Shown piece by piece: positions 16,161 to 28,192 of a DNA stretch of 64,000 nt. Source of the stretch: Lama glama (taxonomy: Eukaryota); assembly GCA_028534125.1 (NCBI GenBank), contig CM052818.1, positions 312,001 through 376,000 of the forward strand. The letters are read 5' to 3'. Both the position numbers and the translations under genes were made by a program. The notes under the pieces were generated by a model. The model was not told the DNA's origin and ran no database searches. It was given only the letters and a program-made list of their open reading frames with translations. The number at the start of each line of letters is the position of its first letter. Position 1 is the stretch's first letter.

Positions 16161-18921
16161 TTAAGTAGCCAAAAGTGGGGATCCGGGGCCCTCAGGCCCA
16201 CCCAGCCGCATCTGCAGGTTGATGCGGTAACACTGAAGGCTGCAGAGTGCCTGGCCCGTGCGGGAGCAGGCATAGCGGCGCGGATGGGGGCAGCCGGGAA
16301 CAGAGCATCGAGGAGGAGGGCCAGGTGGGGATGGCCTTGGAGACACAGGCGCGGGGGCAGGGACGCCAGGTGGGAAGGAAAGGGTGGAACCCTGTGCCCC
16401 ACTGCTGTAGCGCACCATAGGGGCCGGGGCTGCAGCCCGCCCTCCCCGCCGCTCGCCCCGGGTGGCCCCTCGGCCTCCCCGGCCGCTGGGCGCTGCAGTC
16501 TTGGTGAGGCGCTCGATAGTCTGGTTCTTGTGCTCCTCCGCCCGCCGCGCTGCCTGCAGCCGCCTCTTCCGAGCCCGCTCCTCGCGCTTCAGCAGCATCT
16601 CCTCGGTGAGGGCGGGGGCTGGGCAGACCCCAGCCACAGGCAGTGACAGCATGGGGGAAGGCTGACTCCTTGCCTTCTGTAGCAGAGCTCGCTGGGGAGA
16701 GACAAATAAGATGATGTCAGAAAATGGAGAAGCGGGGTCCGCCTGAACGGAGGAGGGGGAAGAGGGGACATGGAGAGCAGGCCTTGAGAAAAGGGGTGGA
16801 CTGAGCACCCTCTCCAGGAAGCCCTTAATATGGCCTCCTCCCAGGTCTCCAGACTTCACCTTTAGATCTCTGACTCTCAAAGGGAAAAGCACTAGCAATT
16901 AATGTTACCTCCTTGCTCTGCATACCAAAACTCTGTACCAGCTTTCTGTTGTTGTTTTAAATCTTTTTATCTCAACGGATAGCATCAGTTGGATAACTGC
17001 TCAAAGTCCAAAACTCAGAGTTATCCTTAATTCCTCTCCTTCCCTCAACAAGTGTCTATTTCCAAAATATATCCAGGATGCATATGATTTTCTCCATCTC
17101 CATGACTTCACCTTGGTTCAAGCCACCACTGTCTCTTATCTGACTACTTCAACAGCTTCCTAGCTGTCCTTGATTCTAACCATTACCCCCTCTGAGAAAC
17201 TAAAGTGATCTACTGAAATTAAATCAAATATATCACTTCTCTGCATACAGCCCTTTCGTGGTAATCACAGTTGTTTTAAAAAACAGAGTATAGTCAGTAA
17301 GTATAGTCAGTCTACAATGTGTCAATTTCTGGTGTGCAGCATAATGTTTCAGTCCTACATATACAAACATATATTCGTTTTACGCTTATTCTTCTTCTTG
17401 ACCATAATTAGGCACGTTCCACTCTCAGGGTCTTTGCCCTTGTTGATCTCTCTGCCTGAAAAGCCTCTCTGGTCTTGGAAATGTTATCTCTTTAGAGATA
17501 CGTTGTTTCTTTTCTACTACTTTCTATTTCATCGTCCTATTTTTGTTATACACCTTACAGTTTTTCAAATTATTTATTTGCTTATTTATACCCCCAGCGT
17601 GCGCGCGCGCGCGCACACACACACACACAAATACAAAATACCAGCTCCATGAGAACAGAAACTCTGTCTTCTCTCCACTGCCAATATCCCCTCTGCCTAC
17701 CAAAGTTCTCAGGACATGGAAAGTTCTCAATACATATTGGGCAAGTGAATCAAGAATGAACCAACTTACCTGTCTAGCAGTGAGCAGCCGTTCATTGATC
17801 TCCTTCTTGAGATCTCCATTGTCATCCAGCTCCCCCTTCTCCAAGGCATCCAGCCACCTCTGTTCTTCCTCTTCCTCCTGACCCCCTAAGCTCCCCGACA
17901 GGTCCCGAAGTGGGGAGGGGGACAGATTACTGTCTTCATCTGGAAAGGAAAGTTGGAGAGCTAAAAGAGGAACTGTTCAGATGGAGAACCCCAATTTGGG
18001 CAATACTGGGACACTCAAAATTCTCACCTTCCTCAGAACTACACCTCTTCCCCTAACCAGGTATAATGAGAAACCCAGTTTCCCCACCTCCAGATCCCGT
18101 CTCACCCAGCCAGGCACGGTACTGCTCAAGGGGGACTCCTTCCACAGGTTCCTCTTCATTGTCCACAACCATAAGGGGAGAGGGTGAGCGAGGGCCCTCA
18201 GGGATCACAGTGAAGGTAGGAACGCTGCAGAGAAGCAACCACTCTGTAAGCTGAGCAATCATCTCTTCCTTCTCAGTACATCTAGCCTTCCCTACACCCT
18301 CTTAGGTTCTTGCCGCATTAACCTGGTCCCTGAAGTCACAGCGTCCATTTCCTGCCTTCTGGAAAGCCCAACCAGCTTCTTCTTCTCTGTCTACCTGCTC
18401 CTAAAGACCCCAAGCAAAACCTTGGCTCTCCTGGCTCACCTCTTGGTGCCCAGGACCTGCCCGCCCAGCTTGATTTTAAGTTTGAGCTGGGGCTTGGCAG
18501 GAGACGGCTGTGTGGGCCCAGCCTCCTCTTCCTGGTAGTGTTTCTTCTTGTGTTTCTTCTTGTGCTTCTTGTGCTTCTTCTTGTGCACTCCGTGGCCGTG
18601 AGCACCCGCCAGACTCAACTCCAGGGCTTCCCCTGCGGAAGGAGAGCCTGTCAATGGTGTACAGCTGCAGCGGGGCAGGAAAAGCCCTGAAGAACCCAGC
18701 ACCCTTGAGGGGGCTTGGTCTTCCCGCGGTACACGCTGTTACCATAACAACAGCCCCGCCTTTCTCCTTCCCACCTGTGGCGAGGTACCCACGAAGCTCC
18801 GAGGAGCAAGAAGGGGACTCCTTTCCTGTGAAGGCCTAAGTTGCTTTATCTACCCGAGCTTACCCGGCTCGGGGACCTCCATAGCCCCAGAGGTGCTCCC
18901 GCGCCGCCACAGCTTACTCAT
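16161..18921 (-). CDS. INO80B: INO80 complex subunit B (exons 18921-18864, 18632-18440, 18224-18106, 17939-17770, 16691-16161; 356 aa)
   Basis: MSKLWRRGSTSGAME, a His/Lys tract HKKKHKKHKKKHKKKH, PAPA-1 region TEEMLLKREERARKRR and a C-terminal HIT-type zinc finger CSVPGC...YACSRTGQALCSLQCY. The CDS is 1071 nt. Confidence 0.96.
17597..17629. repeat. Compound (CG)n(CA)n microsatellite in INO80B intron 4
   Basis: gcgtgcgcgcgcgcgcgcacacacacacacaca read directly. Confidence 0.9.
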
Positions 18922-19523
18922 GGGGCCCAGCAAGGAAAGGGGGCTGGAAATAGTTGGGACACAGGCAGACATACCTTTTCCGCCCCGCGGAAGAACTGAT
19001 TCCAGCAAATATCGCTCTACATCCGGTGTGTAGCGACCATACTTGTGCGGGGCACGCTCTGCAGCTAAAAACCCTCCCGGAGAAACAACAGTCCTTCTAA
19101 CAAGAGTTCCGCGCCCTCTGAGGCCGGGACCGCTCAAAGGGGCGCGGCTTTCTGCTCGCTCCGCCTCCCCACAGTCGTGATCCGAACTCACAGCTGGCGA
19201 TTCAATTATTATTACACTCAGGCGTGGTGAGCGTATATTCCGGACCAAATCTGGGGCTAGGCTATGAGGATACAAAGATGAATACGAACGCTTCGGTCTG
19301 CCTTTGAGGAGTTAACAGTTCGGCGGAGGAATTAGAAACTATATTGACGGCAAAATGGCAAAAGGGCTTAACATCACAGGTGCCCTACAAGCAGGGCAAA
19401 TGGTATTTCAGCCTAAATTCTCATCAATAGAGAAATGGATAAATGAATTGTGGTGCGTCTATCTAATCTGGAACACCATGTTGCTAACAAAGGCTAAGAA
19501 GTGATAAGTAATTGATGAGATTG

Positions 19524-19627
19524 TGCCAACTAAAAATTGGCACTTGCCATGTACCCCTGCTTGAATTAAATCATGAGCCTCTGCAGCTGTTGACCTCCAG
19601 CACTCCCTGAAAGGAGTTCAGTTGACA
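19524..19627 (+). mobile_element. Internally deleted solo LTR, same family as 23169-23674
   Basis: Shares 'aactaaaaa.tggcacttgcc', 'taaatcatgagc' and 'cactccctgaaaggagttcag' with the full copy, and ends in the LTR terminus 'cagttgaca'. Confidence 0.7.
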
Positions 19628-20732
19628 TGGAATTTAAGTCCTATTGAGTAATAGCATTGGAAACAAAGTGTGCCTCTAATGAGGCACCAAAGTGATTTGG
19701 TACATGGATTTGATACATCCATACAATGGGAACTATGCTGCTACTAAAAGAAATGAGGCCCCAGAAGGCTACCCAAGAAACTGGTGACAGCCATCCGATG
19801 GATGGTTGGGGTAATGAGGGTGAGGGGAGACGTTCTTCATAATATTTTGTGCCTACTGAACTCTGTACAAAATGTGCATGTTTTACCTAATTTGAAAAAA
19901 AAAGGAACAAGGTAGGTCTGTATGTGCTAACATATGAAGTAAGAAAAGCAAGTTTCAAGATGATGTGATCCCACTTTGTGCTGCACACCAGAAACTGACA
20001 CATTGTAACTGACTGCACTTCAATTTTAAAAAAGTCACCTAGATGGATAATAAATTATTAAAATTTTTTAAAAGATGATGTGATCCCATTTTAAAAGGCA
20101 TATTGTGCTACTACATACATAACAAAAAATTGAGGAATGTATACTATACCGTAAATGGTGATTATCTTTAGAAGCTAAAGTTGGGAAACTTTCACTGTGT
20201 AGATCCGTAGTGAATATCCTTTCCTTTCCTTTTTTTATTTTAAAATATTGCTTAGTGTTTTTTAAAATGAATTTTCTCACAGCCAATTTATATCATAGTT
20301 ATATTTAGAAAAAAGCACCACCTATATACAGATATATAAATATGTATGAGATGCATGTCTGAACAAGGTAGCAGCAGGGAGCAAAATAAGGGATGAACTG
20401 ATTCCAGAGACACTTCATTGATGAAATTTTAAGAAGTTCATGAACAATTATATATGAAAATTAAGGAAGAACTCAGTGTAGTTTAGTGATTAAGATTAAG
20501 AGAATGAACTTTGGAGTCAGATAAGCCTATTATCAAATCCTATTTTATTGGCTGTGTAACCTTGGGCTCAAAGTAACTTAAGCTCTCTGAACCTCATATT
20601 CCAGCTTTGTAAAATGGAATGAAGTTGGACCCACTTCACAGGGCTCTTTCAAGGAATAAACCAAATCAAGAATGCAAAGTTGTATCTGGCACAGAAGGTT
20701 TTCAGTAAGCAAACAACAGCAATAAAAGACTG

Positions 20733-20843
20733 CTAAAGATACATGCACCCCAGTGTTAACAGCACCACCATTTACAATAGCCAAGACATGGAAGCAACAT
20801 AAATGTCCATCAACAGATGACTGGATAAAGAAGTTGTGGTGTA

Positions 20844-20879
<36 letters not shown>

Positions 20880-21377
20880 GGAATACTACTCAGCCATAAA
20901 AAGAAGAAAATAATGCCATTTGCAGCAACATAGATGGACCTGGAGATTGTCATACGAAGTGAAGTAAGCCAGAAAGAGAAAGAAAACTACGATAAGATAT
21001 CACTTAGATGTGGAACTTTAAAAAATGACACAAATGAACTTATTCACAACACAGAAACAGACTCACCAACATAGAAAATAAATTTATGGTTACGGGGGTG
21101 GGGGAAGAGGGCTGGAGGGATAAACTGAGAGTTCAGGGTTTGCAGATATTAACTGCTATGTATAAAATAGATAAACAACAAGGTCCTACTGTAGAGCACA
21201 GGAAACTATATTCAATACCTTGTAATAGCCTATAATGAAAAAGAATATGAAAAGGAATATATATATATACACACCTATATATAACTGATTGACTATGCTA
21301 TATACCAGAAACTAACAAAACATTGTAAACCAACTATACTTCAATTTAAATAAATAAATAATAAATAAATATAAATA
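20733..21377 (+). mobile_element. 5'-truncated L1 3' end with (TAAA)n tail, inserted next to a MIR
   Basis: Contains 'aaagatacatgcaccccagtgtt..agcacc...tttacaatagccaagacatggaagcaac', 'aatggaatactactcagccataaaaa' and 'cattgtaaaccaactatacttcaatttaaataaataaa'. Confidence 0.85.
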
Positions 21378-23168
21378 ACTTCTACGTTTCTAGCCCAAGT
21401 ATTAGAGGGAACACAGTGTTTTAAATAAAGAAGAGAACATAGGAAGAGAAGCGAGTGAGAAGATAATCACTTAATGTTGCCCAAGATGAATTTGAGATGT
21501 GTGTGGGAATGCCCAGATGCAGATGGAATGCTCAAAGAAGAAGTCAGTGGAGAAGGTGTGAGTTGGGGGCTTCATTAGTTTAAAAATGGAGGTTCCCCCT
21601 GAAAGGATGGGAATAGATGAGACATTCCAGAATGAGGAAGAAGATGAAGAGAAAAGGACCAGGAGCAAATCCAAGTGGGCACCTGTCCTGAACAGGCAGG
21701 CAGAGGGTCCAGGCAGGGTTGAGAAGAGGTCAAAAGAGGCAAGAAAGTGCCCATAGGGCAGACAGTATCAGCAAAACAAGGCTGTGCCCAGCTGTGTACA
21801 GTTCTGCAAAAGCTAGGCTAAGCTCCAAGAACAGGATGCATTCCAGCAGGATGTGAAGGCAATAGTCCTATATTACCAGGAGTTAAAGTGAAGGATCACC
21901 TGCAGTTAGTATTTGTTGAACATACTAGAATTTATAACCGACTTTCGTATCTTTTCCCTCACTTGATCCCCATGGCAGCTCGGTAAGGGAGACATTATTG
22001 TTCCCTCCCGAGAAAAGAGAGGCTCAGGGCGGTTAAATTATTTGGCCAGAGTCACATGGTTAGGGAGTGGCAGAGCCAGCACCAAACAGGCTTCCTGACA
22101 CCAGGCCCAGTGTTGTTTCCTCAGCATCCTGATGTCCAGCAGGGAGGAAATGGTGACAGTAACTAGCCACAGGCTTCATTATTTTGTTTTGATTTTTGTT
22201 TTGCTTTGTTTACTTGCGAGAGATTTGAGCAGGATTGTAGGTTGAAAGGAAAAACTTTGTCCTTCTGAAAAAGTTCTTAGCTTTATTTTTTAAATACAAT
22301 TTATTTTGAAATAATTTCAAACTTTCAGAAAACTTGCAAGAAGGGTACAAAGAACTCTCTTAGCTCCCTAAATCAGATTCTACAATCATTAACTTTTACT
22401 ATTCCCTCTCTGTTATCATTATTCCTTTTCTGATCAATCTGAGAACAAGTTGCAGACATGATGCCATTTCATCCCAAATATTTCACTGTGTACTGCCTCA
22501 AAAACAAGTACACAGTTCTATAACTTTTGTGCAGTTAATTGGGAAATTAACACTGATACAATATTATCATCCAATTCACAGATCCCATTCAAATTTCAGC
22601 CACTGCCCTATGTCTCCTTTTCTTTTCTAGGTCAGGATCCAAATCCAGAATCAAGTGTTACATTTCTTCATCGTATATCTTTGATTTGCTTTAATCTAGA
22701 ACGTTTCCTCATTCTTTCTCTATCTTTTGTGACTTTGACAGTCTTAAAGAGTATAGGACTTTGACTTGCAGTATGGTCCAAATCTGGATCCGTCTGGATT
22801 CCTCAAGTCTAGACTTCTAATCCTTGGCAGGAGTACTAATCAGAAAATATTATGCTATGTTTCTCTCAGTGTATCATATCAGGTGTCTCTCACATTGTGT
22901 GATTTTATTTCAGTCGACACTTCCACCCACCAGGCGTACGTAATATCCATTGGTGAATACTGCATGAATCAGTTCTATTGTGATAATGGCACATGACATC
23001 AGCTTATACTGCCACTGATTATGCTAACCTGGATCACCTACCTGGTCAAGGTGGTGTCTCCCCATTTTCTCCACCACAAAGTAACCATTTTCAACTATTT
23101 AATTAGTGAGTATTTTTCTAGGGAAATACTCTGAAACTATTCTGATATCCAGTTCCCCATCAAACTTC

Positions 23169-23674
23169 TGCTAACTAAAAACTGGCACTTGCCCTCTGCC
23201 TCTCCAAGGATTGGATCACGTTGGCACTTGCCATCTAACTCTGCTTGGATTAAATCATGAGCTGTTGCAGCCACTGACCTCCAACACTCCCTGAAAGGAG
23301 TTCAGGATGGAAATCAGGAATGAGGCGCTCTGTGCTCTGGGAAAACTGGCTGAACAGGCCTTCAGATAGTTAGATATTTTCAGAAGGTTTTATGAGCCCA
23401 AATTCTTGCATCTCCTCATATCTAGAAAAGCACTAAAATCATTAACGGTGACATCTGCTCCTCGTGACTAGCAGCAGCCTCTGCCTAAGTGTGTGCTTGA
23501 CTGCATGTATCCCCCTTCACTGAAATCATATATAGTACTGAGTTTCCCCCTGCCTCTTTGGAACAGTTTGTCAGAGCTTTCCGAAATGCTGTGTCCCAGG
23601 CTACAGTCCCCGTTTTGCCCCAAATAAAACTTAACCCACAACTCTCACGTTGTGTGATTTTATTTCAGTTGATA
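23169..23674 (+). mobile_element. ERV1-like solo LTR inserted in an old L1 fragment
   Basis: TG start, internal AATAAA near the 3' end, and a 4-bp target duplication CTTC on both sides (23165-23168 and 23675-23678). Confidence 0.75.
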
Positions 23675-23763
23675 CTTCCACCCACCAGGCATAATATCCA
23701 TTGATGAATACTGTATGAATCAATTCGATTGTAATAATTGCCAAGTGATGATCTATCTACTTC

Positions 23764-24390
23764 TAAGACAGGAAGGAAGGGGGCAGGGCACAGCCATTCA
23801 AGGAATGACACAGCGGTTAACACCAAGATGGCAGAAGCTTCAACTCCCAGTACACCTTGAGGTTCAAGATGGGGGGGGATTTGACTTCCAGTAGACCTTG
23901 AGGTTCATTATAATATATTAACATGGTAAGTGACACTCCCACAGGTGCTGTAACAGTTCCAAGGCTAACCACAAAGGGTCAAAAAGTGGGCGGTGACCCA
24001 ATTCGTGGGAATCCCTGCCCCTTCTCCCAGAGTAGTCGGAATAATCCACCCACTCGTTAACATGTGAGTTACCCAGCCCATAAAAACTAACAACCCTGCA
24101 CCTCGTGGTTGCTCTCTTGCCGTCTGAGACTGCCCACGCTCTGTCTATGGGTTGTGTATCTCCTTTTACTTTAAACTAAACACTCCCATGCCTTGTGGCC
24201 TCTCTGGCCTTCTGAGACTGCCTGCACCCTGCCTATGGAATGTGCATCTCACTGAATAAATCTACTTTCATTCAACTCTGGCTCACTGTGGATTCTTTCC
24301 TGCATGAAGTTTGGCACGGCATGTCCCAGGGACCCCTCACCTGAGACCCTGGTCACAACCATCCTCTTGCGCCCCACTTTCCTGTGTCAC
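23764..24390 (+). mobile_element. Second ERV-type solo LTR (different family)
   Basis: Internal direct repeats (aagatgg..., accttgaggttca, ctgagactgcc), TATA-like cataaaa, AATAAA at about 24256 and a CA terminus. No clear TSD; boundaries approximate. Confidence 0.6.
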
Positions 24391-25900
24391 AGCCACTCCT
24401 CATGAACTCTCCCTGGGTGTTATTTTCACTCTTTCAAGATTCAGAGTCCAGTTGGTAGCGTTCCAGTTGGTTGGCTTAGGCTCAGTTCTATCCTGGGCTT
24501 TGGAGAAGTGGGAGGAGGAGGAATGCCTTCTCCAGCTGCCATAAGAAGGGTACAGCCTCAGTCTACCAGTGTTGTCCACAGAACACGGTCTGTGCAGACA
24601 TAGGAAGATGATTTGAATACCAGGTGGCTAACAATCCCTTCCTGAATATCTACTCATAGTTGAGGTGACAGAGACCCAGATGTAAGGAAAGGAAAAATTG
24701 TGTAAGATTATGCACCAAACCAGCGGCATGCAGTTAAATGTTTAACAAAAGCTCTCCAGGGGAGGGGGGGAAAAAAGCCCGGTTAATAATGTTCACCTAT
24801 TTCTGCTGTGTAAGTACTCCCATCATGGCCAACTTCAAACGTGACATTACTGAACACAGAGTTGGCGAGACATGTAGGGTCGCGCACAATCACACTTCCG
24901 CCGTTCAGACGCTGCAGGTGTAAACAGCCCCGAGAGGTAACGGGAGTGTAAGGCCCATCGCTGTGTTGACTTAGAGCTGGCGTCTCAGAAGGGTAACCAG
25001 TCCTGCGTCTCTGAAGGAAAGGGTCCTGACCATTGTGTATAACTGTTTATGTACATTGCTGGATTTGATTTTCTAGCATTATTAGGAATTTTATGTTTAA
25101 GTTCATGAGGGATATTGGTCTTTGGTTTTCTCCTTGGGGTACTTTTTTTTTGTAATATTAGCTTTATAAAATGAGTTTGTAATGTTCCCTCTTCTACTGT
25201 GGAAAATATTGTGTAAAATTGGCATTAATTCTACTTATATGTTTAATTAAATTCTCCAGGGAAGTAAAAAAAAAATGGAAAAGAGAGAGATAATGGAAAA
25301 ATGCAGTAAACTAATTAGGGAGGGATGAGTTTTGAGTACTTATCACCTTTGCTTTAATGTAATATATTCAGCTGTGAATTTTCCTCATTTAATTTTTAAT
25401 TAAAGCTGTGTTTAACAGCTGGAATGCACAATCCCAGAAAATTCAGGAACTGTCTCTCATGTGCCAATGCGAGGCTTCAGCACACCATGGTACCAAATTG
25501 ATGGTAGGGAGAGCATGCTTTTATTCATTTTTTAAAAAATTTATGTTATTTTTTAAACAGTAGAATTAGGAATTTTTTTTAAGTGTGTTTTCAGATAAGA
25601 ATTTAATTTTAAAAAAACAACTCCACAGAAACTTTGACCCTTGTCTCTTCTCCCTTGGTTGAGAACAGTGTCAGCGGGCTCCCCAAATCCCAGTCACAAC
25701 CTCCTCCAGCCGGCTTATGCAAGCGGATGGGAGACTGTGATCTCCAAAATGTAACTCGGGTTGGGTCACTCTTTTCCCCAAGTTTTCAGTCACTTTGAGC
25801 ACAAACTCTCAGGCAAGATTTGAGCTCTACTTCCTTTCCAAATGTCTTCCATTCCTCCAGCTTGTGTCAGGGGTTTTCAAACCCTTCTACAGTGCTCACG

Positions 25901-25904
<4 letters not shown>

Positions 25905-25954
<50 letters not shown>
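25905..25954. repeat. (GT)n microsatellite, about 25 units
   Basis: Read directly. Confidence 0.95.
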
Positions 25955-25957
<3 letters not shown>

Positions 25958-27719
25958 TGTTTGAGTGAGTGCGCATGCTGAAGGCCTGTGAAGAGGACAA
26001 GATTTGGGGCACCAGCCCTTGCTTTCATCACAGCTGCTCTGACTCTATTTCACACCTTCCAGGGAAGATTTCATTTGGGAAAAAAGAGCATTCTGTTGCT
26101 AAAAGCCAAACATTTGAAATGAACCATTTTAGTCCAACAGCATGGCTCACCCCAGTCAAGCACTCTCAAATCTGTATGCTCTCTTAAGACATCTTTTTTT
26201 TCATTTACTTCAACTGATGGTTTATTCAGTACTTCCTTTGGGCCAGGCACTGGGCATAAAGCAGCAGACAAGACAGACTGTCCCTCCCTGGGGAGCTCAC
26301 AGTTTAGAGGAGTGACAATAGATATTAGAAGAAATTCAGAAACAATGCCTTCCCTTTCCCCTCGCCCATCCTTTGAGGTTTCTCACAGAGGCCACAGATT
26401 TTATAAAATCATTTGACCTGCTTTTCCTACTGACCAGAACTCCCTTCTCCACGTGAACCTTGCGTGTCAAGGATGTTTGTTGCTTTCCCTGTCCAGCACC
26501 CTTTCCCTCACCTCCAGTTGACAGTACCTGGAACAGCCTTTGGGAGAACACCCCTCTGTTCCCTCTCTCTCTCCCAGCTCACTGGGTTCCAGTTGGTCTC
26601 CAGGAGTGAGCAAGTGACCCGAGCCTGGCCATCTGGCACCTAGACTCCTCCTTAGTCATAGCATCTGGTTCAGATCTGACCACCCCTGTCTACAAAGATT
26701 GGTCTGAGATGGATAAATGATCCCAAATGGCCCATAGTGAATCCCAGACATTGTAGGAGCTTCAGGAAACAGATGCTCCCTTTTCTGCTGACTTTAAGCC
26801 CGAAAATATACACATCCAGAATTTTTGGCAACAAACCTGTTATGCTGTGGAGAGTGAAGCCAGCATGGAGGAAAGCAGACCTAGATGATGAGAAGAGACA
26901 GGACAGTTTCGATGCTGAATGCTTGGATCAAGCAGCCCTGCAGCCTGACCCCTGGACATCACAGTTCCTTCAGCCATTAATTTCCCCTTTGGCTAAGTTA
27001 ATTCTAAGTCAGCTTTTCTAAAAAGAATGCTGACTAATTTGCCATAGCAGAGCAGTTCTAACCTGGGCTCTCTAAAGCCAAAAGCTGGTATTTCTCTGAC
27101 TCTAGCTCGTTTGCTGCGAAGGAGCCCGGGCCTCTCCAGAGTTCTTCCCAGTAAGACACACTCCTCATGTGTGGTCGGCAAGCTATTCCTCTGCCATTTC
27201 TTTCTCTCCCACAAGGCTCTCTGGGGGTGAGGGGCCCCCTTTTCTGCAGAAGCTGAGAATCCTAACCCTGTCTCAGCCAGCCATCAAAGCAGCTGAGAGC
27301 CCATATTGAAGTCAGGGATATCCCCACCCTCTTAAGGCACTTCTTGCCTGGATCCAGGAGCTGAGGTCGCTGGTGGTCCAACCAAGGGCGTAAGGGTGCT
27401 GCTCCTGATCGTTTTTCTTCATAGCTCCACGCATGACGCCCTTGTCTTGTGCCAGGCACTATGCTGGGCATTTTACGTTCGTTCTCGTACGTAATCCTCA
27501 CAGCAACCTGAAGGTAATGCTGTACCCCCACTGAACAGAGAAAATTCCAGGCTCCAGGGCTAGTAAAGAGCCGAACAGGGTAACCGGACAGATGTGCTCA
27601 AGCACTGCTGGTGAATTGTGGCCACTAGGGATGGAGGGTAGCTTAAGTGTCGAAGGGGACGAAAAAGGAACATTTGGGACTGTAGGAAATTGAAACGATG
27701 GCCTTGGAAGCTACTTAGG

Positions 27720-28192
27720 GGTGAGACTGGGCGCGGCGCCGGGGCGGGCTAGAGCGGCAGTATGCCTCGCTACGATCCCTGGGCCACAGGGTTTTCCGCG
27801 CGCTGGGAGTCGGCTAGCGGGTGGGGGCGGCAGGTGGGGCGGGGCGGGGCGGGGCTTCCCTGGGCCCGCCCCTTGCCCAGGTGAGGCGTCCGCCACCCGG
27901 GCTGGAAGGGGTGATGTAACTCCTCGGTGCTCACGAGGTGTAGGGTTCCCTGGCCGTAGGGCCAGGCCTGTTTGGAGCCCCGGCCTTCGGCGACACGAAG
28001 GGTGGAGGGAGAGGGTGCCGCGCCCTGCGCGGCCCAGGTGTCGTCTCCGGAGGCGGAGTTTGGGAACCGGGCAGCGGGAGATTCCCGGCCAGACTAGACG
28101 GCGGGCGTCGAGGGGACAAAAGCCAGCCAGACGAGGCAGAGCCGGGCGGCGCGGGGAGTGCAGAGGGCAGGCAAAGGCCCAGGGCCGCCGGC
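27720..28192 (+). promoter_or_regulatory. CpG-island promoter / 5' UTR of RTKN (main first exon)
   Basis: CpG-rich, with tandem GC boxes ggggcggggcggggcgggg at about 27836-27855 upstream of the RTKN ATG. Confidence 0.65.
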
